Origin: Caldisericia bacterium
GTDB taxonomy: Bacteria > Caldisericota > Caldisericia > JAAYUI01
Assembly (NCBI GenBank): GCA_963674785.1
Contig: OY771555.1
Span: 1,344,001 to 1,408,000, forward strand
Direction: 5' to 3'
DNA length: 64,000 bases
Made by a program: the position numbers and the translations under genes. The notes under the pieces were generated by a model, which had not been told where the DNA came from, ran no database searches, and was given only the letters and a program-made list of their open reading frames with translations. Positions 1 to 10,264 of the stretch are shown here, piece by piece; the first letter of the stretch is position 1; each line of letters opens with the position of its first letter.

Positions 1-1
1 T

Positions 2-3000
2 GTGACATTAACGATTGCTCCTGGAACAAAAATCCAGATGCAGAAAAACATGAGTGTCAAAGGAAGCATTGTTGCTATCGGTACACCTGATGAGCCAATC
101 ATATTTACGTCGATTAATCCAACACCAAATCCCGGTGACTGGGGATTTTTTGAGTTCCCAGAAAATTGCGGGGAGTGTATTTTCTCAAATGTCATTTTTG
201 AATATGGTGGTGCAGGTCCTGGTGGAATACTTAGGTTTTCAAGTGGTAATGGGATTGATGATAGGGTAAGACTTGATAACTGCACAATCAGAAATTCCTC
301 ATCACAGGGAATATGGATGGCAAGTGCACAGGCGGTAATCAGGGAATGTACTTTTACCGATCTTAATGACCCTACTAAAGGTGTTGGAATCTGGATTCAG
401 CAGGCATCAAAACCATCAATTACTGGTTGTCAATTTGAGCGATGTGTTATGCCTATCTGGAACGATTTGAGTTCATCATCTTATTACCTCGGAAACAAAG
501 CCACAAACTGTGGTGTAAACGGTATTGTTCTTGGAACCGGTTCAGTTGATGGAAAATTGGTTTTATCTTCAACCATGCCATATGTTATCAGGGAAAAATT
601 TATCGTTGGTGAAAAAGGTCAAATGCTCATCCAGCGTGGAACGGTCATTAAATCCTCTTCGATGGTCAATGTTTATGGAAAGATTGATATACGTGGAACC
701 GAAGAAGAGCCAGTTATCTGGACTTCACTTAAGGATGATTCAATTGCTGGTGACACAAATGCCGACGGTGACAAATCGACACCTGCTTCTGGCGATTGGG
801 GACATCTTGAATTTGCAGGTTCAGCACAAGCTGGGCTTCTAACGCATGCAAAGTTTTTCTATGGTGGTGGACTTGGTGATCAGGGAGCCGGATGGGGAAC
901 TTTGAAGTTTGGAACAAAAACTGGTGTTGACAGCAGAGTAAAATTGTATTCTTGTGAAGTTGCCTACTCACAAACTGCCGGTATCTGGATGCAGGTTTCA
1001 TCGCCATCATTGTATGACTGTTATATCCACGACAATACAAACCCAGAACTCGGAACAGGTCTCACATTGACAGGAAGAAGCAAACCCATTGTTTTCAATT
1101 GCAGACTCGAAAATTCAACCTATGCAATCATGACAGATACGTTCTCCTATCCAAACGCAAAAAACCTCACAGTGACTGGAAACCAGTTCAACGTAATATA
1201 TTTCAAACATCAGGATACAACTGCGTCAGTTGAAGAAGATGCAATTTGGAATGCAGAACTTGTTCATTACATTCCAAATACGATTGAAATCAAACCCGAT
1301 GTAACATTGAGGCTTATGCCTGGAGTGATTATTAAGCTTGGTGATCACTTCAGAGTAAATGGTAAGATTGTTGCGATTGGTGAGAAGGATGCACCAATTG
1401 TATTTACATCACTTGCTGATGATTCACACGGTGGGGATAGTAATGGTGATTCTGATTTGACAAAACCTCTTCCAGGCGATAACCGTGGTGTCCAATGTCG
1501 AGAGGGAGACGGTCTTTCTGTATTCAAGTATTGTAAGTTCCTCTACGGTGGTTCGGGTGGGGCTGGTTGTATCTACCTTGGTCAGCCAATGAACAAAACA
1601 AATGAACAGATACTTGTTAACTGTGAGATGGCATACTCACTTGGCCCTGGTGTAAGTGTCAGATCAGGTAAGGTTGGACTTGAAGGCTGTTATATTCATG
1701 ATTGTGTAAGCGAGAGTAGCGGATGGGCTGCCATGATTGAGCGTGATGCAAATGTTACTTTTGTTAATACAACAATTGATAATTGCATTAATCTTTTCCA
1801 TATTGACCCTGAATCCAAACTCACAACCTTTGGAACAAAAACATCCAACATTGGTGGAAGCGTTTTGAAGGGTGGATATGCCGGAATCCATATCCTCAAA
1901 GGTAGATTGAAAGTTGACCAGGTTTGGGATGCAGAATTCCCATATATCCTTGATGGTCCATTCAGTGTTGAAACAGATGCAACCCTTACAGTCAAACCCG
2001 GAAATATAATCAAAACTCTCTCCTCAATTCATGCATATGGAACACTGAATTTTATGGGGACAAAAGAGGCTCCAATATATGTCACATCGATTCATGATGA
2101 TGAAGTTGGTGGAGACACCAATCTTAATGAGGATTATACTCTTCCTAAATCAGGTGATAGAGGGCAGATTGTATATGATGGTTCAAGCGGGAAATGCACA
2201 TTAACTCACACTGTATTTAAGTATGGTGGTGGGGATATTGGTAATGGTGTATTGAAGCTTGGTGACTTTACACCTGTCACATCTGATTTCCAGATGGAAT
2301 ATTGCACAATCACAGATTCAGCATCACAGGGACTCTACATGCATGGGTCAAAGCCTGTCATCAAAAATGTCATCATAAATGGTTGTAAAAATGAAAATGG
2401 TGATGGAATCGGAATAAAGATGACCGGAAACGCTGATCCTGTGCTCGAAAAAATAAGTTTTACAGATAGCGATTTTGCCATCAATAACATGACCGGAAGC
2501 GATATATGGGTAACCGATAGCTGGTGGGCAGACGCAACTGGACCATTCAATGAAGATTGGAATCCAGATGGTAAAGGCCTTCCATGTACTGGTACAATCC
2601 TTTATTCACCTCAGGCAGATTCCCCAATTGCAGATTGTGGTGCAGGTGCTATGGGTGGAGAGCTTCCTGAGTGGGTTAGACCTGAGCCAAAGATTGATGA
2701 GATTCCAGCATTACCAGGTGCTTTGAAAGTTGAACCAAACTTCATTTCTTCACATGTTGATTCAACCTTTGAGCTTGCCGTAATAAACGGAGTTGAACCA
2801 TTCAAATTCGAAGTTGTTGATGAGTCGGTTTGTAAACTAGTTTCACAAGAAGGTCATAAAGCGACATTTAAGGTAACTGGAACAGAGGCAACAATAATCA
2901 ATGTTTCTGATTCAAGCAACCAGATTAGACAGATTTGGGTAACTGTTCCAAAAGCAATCTTTGACCCAACAGAACTAACCGCTAGCCCAGCAATTTTACC

Positions 3001-3874
3001 TATCAAGGTTGGACATGAAGGACTGTTTAGGATTTGTTCCGATATTGCCCCACAGGTAAAGATTCTTCCAGGGAAAGCGATTGATGTAGAAAATCTCGGA
3101 GATAGTCTAAAGGTTTACGCTAAAACGCCTGGTGTGGAGACAATCACTTTGACTGCTGGAGAGTGGGAAGTTACTCTTAAGATTCTTTGTTATGCAGATG
3201 GCAAAACTGAAACCTCAGATATTTTTGAGTTTAGAAGTGCTCCTGGAGATGGAAAAGTCAGGCTTTCGTGGAAACATCCAACAATGCAGACGGCTCCATA
3301 TGAGGGTGCGATCATAACAATGAACGGCACAGAAATCACTAGAACTGGTACTGATGCTGCTGGTTACACAGTGACTGGACTAAAAAATTATACAAAATAT
3401 GAGTTTTCTATCACTCAAATTGGCAAAGACAATAAGTTGACATCAAGTTGCATACCTGGTCCACTTGAACAAACAATTGTTTTGTGGATAGGGAAAAACA
3501 ATGCAGTTGTAAATGGAAATGCTGCAACAATTGATACCAATAGTTCAGTTGTTCCAAAGGTTATCGGAGAAGGTCACACCGTCATTCCATTCAGATTCCT
3601 TGCTGAATCCCTGGGAGCAGAGGTTGGTTGGAATGGTACGCTTCGTGAGGTTTCTTTCATAACACCATCTTCATATCTCAAAGTCTATATTGACAAAACC
3701 GTTGGTTACATGTGGGATTCTCAGGTAACCATTAATCCCGCACCAAGCATTGTTGGTGGTAGAACCTTGATACCACTAAGAGCAGTATCTGAATTACTAG
3801 GTGCAGATGTTGGTTGGGATGGAAAAGAGAAGAAGATAACCATCAAATATATTAGACCTTGGTACGGTTGGTGA
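2..3874 (+). CDS. Large surface protein, 5'-truncated: four parallel beta-helix modules, Ig/FN3-like domains, C-terminal copper amine oxidase N-terminal-like (stalk) domain
   Basis: Module 'GT.E.PI.FTS..DD..GGD.N.D...P..GDWG...F.YGG' recurs four times; FN3-like 'PGDGKVRLSW...YTVTGLKNYTKYEF'; stalk motifs 'IPFRFLAESLGAEVGW' and 'GRTLIPLRAVSELLGADVGWD'. ORF is open at the window edge. Confidence 0.8.
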   Translation: MTLTIAPGTKIQMQKNMSVKGSIVAIGTPDEPIIFTSINPTPNPGDWGFFEFPENCGECIFSNVIFEYGGAGPGGILRFSSGNGIDDRVRLDNCTIRNSSSQGIWMASAQAVIRECTFTDLNDPTKGVGIWIQQASKPSITGCQFERCVMPIWNDLSSSSYYLGNKATNCGVNGIVLGTGSVDGKLVLSSTMPYVIREKFIVGEKGQMLIQRGTVIKSSSMVNVYGKIDIRGTEEEPVIWTSLKDDSIAGDTNADGDKSTPASGDWGHLEFAGSAQAGLLTHAKFFYGGGLGDQGAGWGTLKFGTKTGVDSRVKLYSCEVAYSQTAGIWMQVSSPSLYDCYIHDNTNPELGTGLTLTGRSKPIVFNCRLENSTYAIMTDTFSYPNAKNLTVTGNQFNVIYFKHQDTTASVEEDAIWNAELVHYIPNTIEIKPDVTLRLMPGVIIKLGDHFRVNGKIVAIGEKDAPIVFTSLADDSHGGDSNGDSDLTKPLPGDNRGVQCREGDGLSVFKYCKFLYGGSGGAGCIYLGQPMNKTNEQILVNCEMAYSLGPGVSVRSGKVGLEGCYIHDCVSESSGWAAMIERDANVTFVNTTIDNCINLFHIDPESKLTTFGTKTSNIGGSVLKGGYAGIHILKGRLKVDQVWDAEFPYILDGPFSVETDATLTVKPGNIIKTLSSIHAYGTLNFMGTKEAPIYVTSIHDDEVGGDTNLNEDYTLPKSGDRGQIVYDGSSGKCTLTHTVFKYGGGDIGNGVLKLGDFTPVTSDFQMEYCTITDSASQGLYMHGSKPVIKNVIINGCKNENGDGIGIKMTGNADPVLEKISFTDSDFAINNMTGSDIWVTDSWWADATGPFNEDWNPDGKGLPCTGTILYSPQADSPIADCGAGAMGGELPEWVRPEPKIDEIPALPGALKVEPNFISSHVDSTFELAVINGVEPFKFEVVDESVCKLVSQEGHKATFKVTGTEATIINVSDSSNQIRQIWVTVPKAIFDPTELTASPAILPIKVGHEGLFRICSDIAPQVKILPGKAIDVENLGDSLKVYAKTPGVETITLTAGEWEVTLKILCYADGKTETSDIFEFRSAPGDGKVRLSWKHPTMQTAPYEGAIITMNGTEITRTGTDAAGYTVTGLKNYTKYEFSITQIGKDNKLTSSCIPGPLEQTIVLWIGKNNAVVNGNAATIDTNSSVVPKVIGEGHTVIPFRFLAESLGAEVGWNGTLREVSFITPSSYLKVYIDKTVGYMWDSQVTINPAPSIVGGRTLIPLRAVSELLGADVGWDGKEKKITIKYIRPWYGW

Positions 3875-3909
3875 TTTGATTAACAAATAATAGATCAGGA
3901 GAGTGTTAT

Positions 3910-4581
3910 ATGTTTTTAGGAAAAGGGCAGGTTTTGGTGATTGATGACTCTTCACCTGTAGTAAATGTTGTTAAAACAGTTCTTGAGGGAGCTGGATATG
4001 GAGTGAGTGTCTTCACATCTGCCAAAGAGGCTTTGATGCATATAACGGATGTGAGACCTGATTTGATTATTTCTGATATTTTGATGCCAGAGATGGATGG
4101 TTTTGAGTTCAGAGAGGCTCTCATTGACGATAGGAGAACCTCTCATATACCATTTGCATTTTTAACAGCAAGAGATGATATAGAGCTGATGATAAAAGGA
4201 TTATCATCAGGAGTCATTGACTATTTTACAAAACCAATCAAACCCAAAGAGCTCCTGGAACATGTTGCAGGGGTTCTTGACAATCTCAGGTCAGCAAGAC
4301 AACGTCTTCTTGATAGAGTAACGGTTGAGAGAAACGTAGAAGATGTTGGTTTTGAAAACGTAGAAAGAGTTTTTTCTGCGATAATGTTTACAGGTCGTTT
4401 GATACTTGCATGGCAAGATAAAAAAAACGAACTTACAATTTTCTACAACAGAGGTATTCCGATCGCAGCAAAATCCATTCTTGGAAAAACCGGACACGAT
4501 GCATATGTTCTTGCAGAGAAGATAAAAGGCGAGTTTGTTGTGAAGTCTGAATCAGTTGATGAGATCAAAAAAGAGTTCTGA
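3910..4581 (+). CDS. Response regulator: receiver domain plus DUF4388/PATAN-like C-terminal domain
   Basis: Receiver motifs IDDS, SDILMPEMDG, FLTARDD, TKP; C-terminal 'FTGRLIL...IFYNRGIPIAA...GHDA'; SD AGGAG upstream. Confidence 0.85.
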   Translation: MFLGKGQVLVIDDSSPVVNVVKTVLEGAGYGVSVFTSAKEALMHITDVRPDLIISDILMPEMDGFEFREALIDDRRTSHIPFAFLTARDDIELMIKGLSSGVIDYFTKPIKPKELLEHVAGVLDNLRSARQRLLDRVTVERNVEDVGFENVERVFSAIMFTGRLILAWQDKKNELTIFYNRGIPIAAKSILGKTGHDAYVLAEKIKGEFVVKSESVDEIKKEF

Positions 4582-4699
4582 TAAATAGAAGGTTTCTGAG
4601 TTAGTTTTTTCATGGATGTAGAAGTTTCCTGTAATCTAACAAAATATTAAAACTTTTTAATTAGTATCCTCACCTGTAATTACCTTTTGGAGGTGAGAT

Positions 4700-5467
4700 A
4701 TGTCAATTAGTTGGATAGGAATCTCAACCATAATGTTTGTTTTTCTTACAGCTGTTCTTAGGTTGGTCAATCTTGGATATATTTCGAATTGGTCGATCAG
4801 AATTGCCCCACTTATTGTAATGATAATTTTGGTTATTATTGCATCTATTGTAACGGCAGCAAACAACAGAAGAGGAACCAAGGAGGGTAAAATATGGTTA
4901 TCTTTTATTATTGCCTCTGTGCTTTGCTTTTCTGCTGCTGTCTTTGAAGTTTTAAATGGTGTCTCAAATGTTCAAAATCAAGCAACTGGAATGATTGGTA
5001 TAGTTCTGTTTGTCCTCGCCTATATTGCCTTCATAACAGGACTTTCGATTGCGAACTCACATTTTAAGGGCATGAGAAGGATCAATCCTTGGACACCAAG
5101 TATCGTTATTGTTATAACATTTGGTCTTGCAATCTTTTTTCTTTTCAGGTTGATGAATACAAGTGATCTCAATTATACCATCAGAATTGTTTACACAGTC
5201 TTTATGGTTTTGGATGCTTCATTGGTGGCACTTTCATGGACTCTTGCAAATAGAACTTGGGGCGGCTCATTATCGATTTCGTTTATTTTCATTGCTTTTG
5301 GCTGTATTGGATTATCGATATTCCATGTAATTTCTGTTTTTTTCAACATACAAAATATCTATTCGATTGACTCTGGAATTCGAGTATTATTCCTGATTGT
5401 GCTTGGCTTAATAGCCATTGGAGGAGATATTAGAATAGCAATAGAAAATAGGCTTAAAGAAGAATAA
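4700..5467 (+). CDS. Polytopic membrane protein (about 8 TM), paralogue of the next gene
   Basis: Hydrophobic segments throughout; SD GGAGGTG; colinear similarity to 5625..6383. Confidence 0.8.
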   Translation: MSISWIGISTIMFVFLTAVLRLVNLGYISNWSIRIAPLIVMIILVIIASIVTAANNRRGTKEGKIWLSFIIASVLCFSAAVFEVLNGVSNVQNQATGMIGIVLFVLAYIAFITGLSIANSHFKGMRRINPWTPSIVIVITFGLAIFFLFRLMNTSDLNYTIRIVYTVFMVLDASLVALSWTLANRTWGGSLSISFIFIAFGCIGLSIFHVISVFFNIQNIYSIDSGIRVLFLIVLGLIAIGGDIRIAIENRLKEE

Positions 5468-5490
5468 GCCTGCATTTTTTTGATCTAATT

Positions 5491-5522
5491 ACCGTCCAAT
5501 TGTTCTGATTGGACGGTTTTTT
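5491..5522 (+). terminator. Intrinsic terminator
   Basis: ACCGTCCAAT / ATTGGACGGT stem followed by a T-run. Confidence 0.8.
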
Positions 5523-5624
5523 ATTGTTTATAATAAGTTGATTATCCTAGTGTGACATATGAACACCCTATTGTTTTTGTATTAAAACTATGATATTCTA
5601 CTTTCGTTATTCCGGAGGTGAGAT

Positions 5625-6383
5625 ATGAAGTTAAGTTGGCTTGGTATGTCTACAGTTGGATTGGTTTTTTTGACTATTCTTCTACGTTTAGTTAATGTCG
5701 GTCGTCCATGGGTGATGATGTTTGGTCCATTAATTGTGATGATTATCCTTGTTATAGTTGCTGCGATCGTTATGGCTGCAACCAAACGTCGTGGGAGTGA
5801 TGAGATAAGAGTATGGACAACATTCTTGATCGCTGCAATCCTTAATACAATTGGTGGACTTATCGAGGTTTTTGTAAACATTTCAAAGATTACCGGTTCA
5901 ACATTGGATATGATTGGATCATTCTTCTTTATTGCTGCATACATAGGATTTATCTTGGGTATGATTATCGCGAACATCCAATTTAGAAGTTTGAGAAAAG
6001 TAAACTTGATTATTCCAGGTGTAGTTGTTTTCTTGATTCTAGGAGTATCATTATTTTTCCAGTTCAAATTCATGCATGATGGGAATGTAGGACAGATTAA
6101 TCAGGTTATATACACAGTTTTTATGGTTCTTGATGCAGCACTTGTTTTACTTTCTTGGGTTTTGGCCGTCAGAACATCTGGTGGTTCCATGTCGTTTTCA
6201 TATCTATTGATTTCCCTTGGTTGTATAGGACTTGCATTCTTCCATGCGATTGCTGTAAACTTCCAAATGTTGGGTATTTGGAGTATTGATTCGTATATAA
6301 GGCTTGTTTTTGTAGTTGTTCTCGCATTGATTGCCGTTGGTGGAGATGTAAGAATTATGATCGAGAACAAGATTCGGGTATAA
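5625..6383 (+). CDS. Polytopic membrane protein (about 8 TM), paralogue of 4700..5467
   Basis: Shares 'YTVFMVLDA.LV.LSW.LA.RT.GGS.S', 'GCIGL..FH' and 'IA.GGD.RI.IEN'; identical GGAGGTGAGATATG start region. Confidence 0.8.
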   Translation: MKLSWLGMSTVGLVFLTILLRLVNVGRPWVMMFGPLIVMIILVIVAAIVMAATKRRGSDEIRVWTTFLIAAILNTIGGLIEVFVNISKITGSTLDMIGSFFFIAAYIGFILGMIIANIQFRSLRKVNLIIPGVVVFLILGVSLFFQFKFMHDGNVGQINQVIYTVFMVLDAALVLLSWVLAVRTSGGSMSFSYLLISLGCIGLAFFHAIAVNFQMLGIWSIDSYIRLVFVVVLALIAVGGDVRIMIENKIRV

Positions 6384-6430
6384 AGGAATACTTTTTATTG
6401 TTTACTCGGAAAATCATGTATTATAAAAAT

Positions 6431-6859
6431 ATGAGAAAAGTATTGTCACTGGTTTTGATTGCTGTCTTTTGTTTTGCATTTGTGAGCTGTGGTTCTTCAC
6501 AGGCTTCCTGGAATGAATCTGAGGAAAAGATATATGGGGAGTTTCTTGAGCTTCAGAATCAAGTACAAGCAAAGATGGATGATCTTGTTTCCAATCAACC
6601 TGAAACCTTCCAGGATACAAAAAAGGTTGCAGCTTTTGTGTGGGAGTGGAAAGGTTATGAGAATAGCTCAATTTCAGAGGTTTACAAAAATTGGAGAACA
6701 TCAGCAGGAGAGGCAATCGAAACAAGAGCGATGTTGCATTTTTATAAAGAAAATGACCCAAATTATGTCAATGTGAAATCAGAAAGAGATTTCGCAGAAC
6801 AGGTTTGGTTATATGATACAAAACAGGTTCTTGAGACCGTTGAGAAACTAAAAAAATAA
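6431..6859 (+). CDS. Putative lipoprotein
   Basis: MRKVLSLVLIAVFCFAFVS-C lipobox-like signal; start moved to the ATG at 6431. Confidence 0.7.
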   Translation: MRKVLSLVLIAVFCFAFVSCGSSQASWNESEEKIYGEFLELQNQVQAKMDDLVSNQPETFQDTKKVAAFVWEWKGYENSSISEVYKNWRTSAGEAIETRAMLHFYKENDPNYVNVKSERDFAEQVWLYDTKQVLETVEKLKK

Positions 6860-6889
6860 AATCTTTTCTGTCTGCCAACAATTATATAC

Positions 6890-6924
6890 AAAAAGCCGGT
6901 GAGGGTTTTCTCACCGGCTTTTTT
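6890..6924. terminator. Bidirectional intrinsic terminator
   Basis: AAAAAGCCGGTGAG-loop-CTCACCGGCTTTTTT between convergent genes. Confidence 0.9.
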
Positions 6925-6955
6925 GATTTATCTTTTTGTTATATCAGTTATAAGC

Positions 6956-7834
6956 TTATCTCTTCCAGATATCATAATCTGAATCATCTGTTTGATTGTC
7001 TACTCTGCCATCATCAAATGTGTTCTGTTGTTCTGGTCTTTGGTATGAAAACCCACCAAGATTCCCACTAGATTCGCGATTTCCCCTGTAGATATTCCTG
7101 CTTCTCTTTTTGAAATAGACAGTCCACGGTGCAGGCAGATGAGGATATTTTGTTTTCAGATAGATGTATGCAATCAGGTAGCCAAACAAGAATCCACCGA
7201 TATGTGCCCACCAGGCAACACCAGAGCCACCACCAAGTAAACCAAAGAACTGCATTCCAAACCATATGAGTAAGTACCAATAGGCCGGAATTGAAACAAA
7301 TGTTATAAAGAACATCACAACGAGTGTTTTGATTCTGGCGGTCGGATAAAGTGCCAAGTATGCTCCCATTACAGCAGCAATTGCGCCTGATGCACCAATT
7401 ACTGGAACAAGTGATGCTTCAGCTCCAAGTGAGAATAAGATATGTATTAAATTGGCAACAACCCCACCGGCAATATAAAACAGTAGGAAGCCTATATGTC
7501 CAAATCTGTCCTCAATATTGTCCCCGAAAACCCAGAGATAAAGCATATTGAAAATGATATGCGTCCAGTCACCATGAAGGAATATTGAGGTTATCAGTGT
7601 TATAAATGGCGAGATCGGAGCAGTAGGGTATCCTGCAGGAAGCCCTCTTCCAATAATCTCTGCAGGAACAGCGCCGAATTTATAAACAAAGATATTGAAT
7701 TGCAACATATCGGCACCCATTGATAATAGGAACTGATATAACCAGACAACGACACATAGACCGATAATAACCCAGGTCATAATCGGTCTATTCTTCTTTG
7801 TTCTGTTTACATAGAAATCAGATAATGGAATCAT
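6956..7834 (-). CDS. Rhomboid family intramembrane serine protease
   Basis: FLHGDWTHIIFNM, GASG catalytic Ser, AHIGGF catalytic His. Confidence 0.95.
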   Translation of the reverse strand: MIPLSDFYVNRTKKNRPIMTWVIIGLCVVVWLYQFLLSMGADMLQFNIFVYKFGAVPAEIIGRGLPAGYPTAPISPFITLITSIFLHGDWTHIIFNMLYLWVFGDNIEDRFGHIGFLLFYIAGGVVANLIHILFSLGAEASLVPVIGASGAIAAVMGAYLALYPTARIKTLVVMFFITFVSIPAYWYLLIWFGMQFFGLLGGGSGVAWWAHIGGFLFGYLIAYIYLKTKYPHLPAPWTVYFKKRSRNIYRGNRESSGNLGGFSYQRPEQQNTFDDGRVDNQTDDSDYDIWKR

Positions 7835-7843
7835 TTACTATTC

Positions 7844-8728
7844 CTAGTCCTCATCATTATCTATAATAAAGTCGTTTCTGTTGCTGATACCGTTATCTTC
7901 ATGCTGAATTTTCTCTTTCGGTTTTTTACCCGCATTTTTATCGATTTCTTCTATCTTTTCAATCTCACTATCTGAGACCATCGAAGAAGTATTTGATTTT
8001 CTAAGGAAGCTGTGGGTTATACCAGCACCGATTAGAAGCAACACATTTCCCCACTGGGCTGCATTGAAAAATGTTCCGAGGATTGGCTCATGACCTGGGT
8101 CAGCTCTTAGAAATTCGGTTCCGATATGTGTTACAGCATAGAAGTAGATGAAATAAACAAACAATTCTCCAGCCTTAAGCCTTTTTTCTTTCGAAAACCA
8201 CCAGAGGGCAAGAAATATCAGAGCTGCGATGGTTGCATTTACTAGCTGTGTTGGAAAGCGTGATACACCGTCCATTGTAACGCTGCACACATGACTTTCT
8301 GGGCCGTAACAACACCAATTGAAAAAACAACCGATTCTACCAAAGAAATAACCAATTGCAATTGATGGAGCGGCAAGATCTGTAATTCTCCAGAAGTTCA
8401 GTTTTTTGGTTTTTGCAAAAAGGAAAACTGCTGGGATATTAAAAATAATTATTCCAAGGAATGAAAGACCTTCCATCTGAAGCTGGATTATTTGTCCTGG
8501 ATTTGCAAGGTAGTAACCGAGGTTTGAGAGAACATAAAGCAATCTTGCCCCAAGTATGCCTACAATAACAATCCATATACTTAAATCCATCAAATTGTCT
8601 TTTGTGAGACCATATTTTTTCGCCCTGTTCCAGGCAAATGTAAATGCCGAGATTAAACCCATGGTTATTAAAATACCATACCATCTGATTTCGGTACCGA
8701 AAATTTTGAAAGCTACTCTGGGATCCAT
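7844..8728 (-). CDS. lgt: Prolipoprotein diacylglyceryl transferase (divergent motifs)
   Basis: IRWYG, GARLLYV, GRIGCFFN.CCYG, PTQL, EFLRAD motifs. Confidence 0.85.
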   Translation of the reverse strand: MDPRVAFKIFGTEIRWYGILITMGLISAFTFAWNRAKKYGLTKDNLMDLSIWIVIVGILGARLLYVLSNLGYYLANPGQIIQLQMEGLSFLGIIIFNIPAVFLFAKTKKLNFWRITDLAAPSIAIGYFFGRIGCFFNWCCYGPESHVCSVTMDGVSRFPTQLVNATIAALIFLALWWFSKEKRLKAGELFVYFIYFYAVTHIGTEFLRADPGHEPILGTFFNAAQWGNVLLLIGAGITHSFLRKSNTSSMVSDSEIEKIEEIDKNAGKKPKEKIQHEDNGISNRNDFIIDNDED

Positions 8729-8800
8729 TGTTCCTCCTAAATAATTACACTATCTGGAAAAATACTTGAAAAATCGAAAAAATGCAACTATGTTTTTGAT

Positions 8801-9736
8801 ATGAGGAAACATATTATAGTTGCTTGTTTGACGCTTTTGCTCTTGGTTTCTTTGCTGTCTTGTGGGGGAACAACGTATCTTGTGGGAGAGAAAACAAAAA
8901 TATATGAGATAGGGAAACAAGAAGATTTACCTAGTGCAGCTGAACTTCGGTCGATGGGAGAAAAACATTGCAAGAGTATTTTGACCTTCAATTATCTTGA
9001 GGATATTCCTGAAAAGTTAAACGTATTAAATAAAGAAGTAAGTGAATACAATGTAAAAATTGGTTCAGAGGTTGGTGCTGCAGAGATTTATGACAGTAAA
9101 AAAGCTAAACCAGGAAAAACCCGAATAAGGTATAAATCTGATTTAAGCTGTGTTTTGGATTCAACAACAAACACATTCACTAGTTGGGTTATGCCCGATT
9201 TTGTTCCATACTCTCCACCCGTACCAACAGAACTCGAGATTAAAAACTACAGAAAACTCTCGAACAAAGTTGCAGAAAAAATTGCAACCGATTTCTTGGA
9301 GTACATGAGAATACCTATTGATGGATATAAGATTTCATCTGTAATTTCTGAAACGAAAGTTTATGCTGATGTATACTTCTTTGAGGATTTGGTCGACAAA
9401 GAAATCAAATCTCCAAACTGGATAAAAGTTAAGATCAATTTCTGGGGCATGATAAAAGAATACACCCTCAATATTGGTCCAACTCCGGAAATCTCAACTG
9501 AACCAACGTTTGCACTTGAGGATGCGGTTGAGGTAGCCAGAAAAGAACTTGCCTTCCCTGATGATTTTGAAGTGCCAAAACCAGACAGAGTGATCCTTCG
9601 AAACGGGTTTGTTGAAAACGGTACAGTTTACGTAAAGGATGAATTAGTTTGGTTCTTCAGTTTCATCGGAATATCTGGTGCCAGAAGAGGAACACTTATG
9701 GTTTCAGCTCATTCTGGCGAAATAATTGAGGATTAG
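8801..9736 (+). CDS. Putative lipoprotein with a PepSY-like C-terminus
   Basis: Lipobox LLS-C; C-terminal 'EDAVEVA...LVW.F...MVSAHSGEII'. Confidence 0.65.
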   Translation: MRKHIIVACLTLLLLVSLLSCGGTTYLVGEKTKIYEIGKQEDLPSAAELRSMGEKHCKSILTFNYLEDIPEKLNVLNKEVSEYNVKIGSEVGAAEIYDSKKAKPGKTRIRYKSDLSCVLDSTTNTFTSWVMPDFVPYSPPVPTELEIKNYRKLSNKVAEKIATDFLEYMRIPIDGYKISSVISETKVYADVYFFEDLVDKEIKSPNWIKVKINFWGMIKEYTLNIGPTPEISTEPTFALEDAVEVARKELAFPDDFEVPKPDRVILRNGFVENGTVYVKDELVWFFSFIGISGARRGTLMVSAHSGEIIED

Positions 9737-9739
9737 TAG

Positions 9740-10120
9740 TTATTCTTTGTAAGCGATAGCTGAAATCTCAACATCAAAATCAAGGGGGAGTTTTGATACT
9801 TCAACTGCTTCCCTAGCTGGTGGATTGTTTTTAAAAAATGTTCCATAGACTTCATTCATTTCTGAAAATGTGTCCATTGATTTTAAGAAAACACTTGCTT
9901 TTACAACATTATCCAATGTATATCCAGCTTCAGACAGTATTCCTTTGATATTCTCAAGAACCTGTTTTGTTTGACTAGCAACTGTTCCGCGGTTCTGTTC
10001 ATTTGTTTTTGGGTCAATTGGAATTTGACCTGAAATATATAAAAAACCTCCGCCGGCTATCCCCTGTGAATATGGACCAATAGCTTTTGGGGCATTCTCT
10101 GTTTTAATAACCTTTTTCAT
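9740..10120 (-). CDS. ridA: RidA/YjgF family enamine deaminase
   Basis: [27 protein letters not shown]. Confidence 0.95.
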   Translation of the reverse strand: MKKVIKTENAPKAIGPYSQGIAGGGFLYISGQIPIDPKTNEQNRGTVASQTKQVLENIKGILSEAGYTLDNVVKASVFLKSMDTFSEMNEVYGTFFKNNPPAREAVEVSKLPLDFDVEISAIAYKE

Positions 10121-10264
10121 CTGACTACTTCCTCCGTTCGTTGACTATGAGTAAATATAGCATAGAATGGATTTTCGTCTATCTTAAGTTCTTTATGGAA
10201 CAAAACTTGAGAGGACTATGTTTTGTAAAAGAACAGTTGACACCTTTCAAAACCGGAGGTTGTA

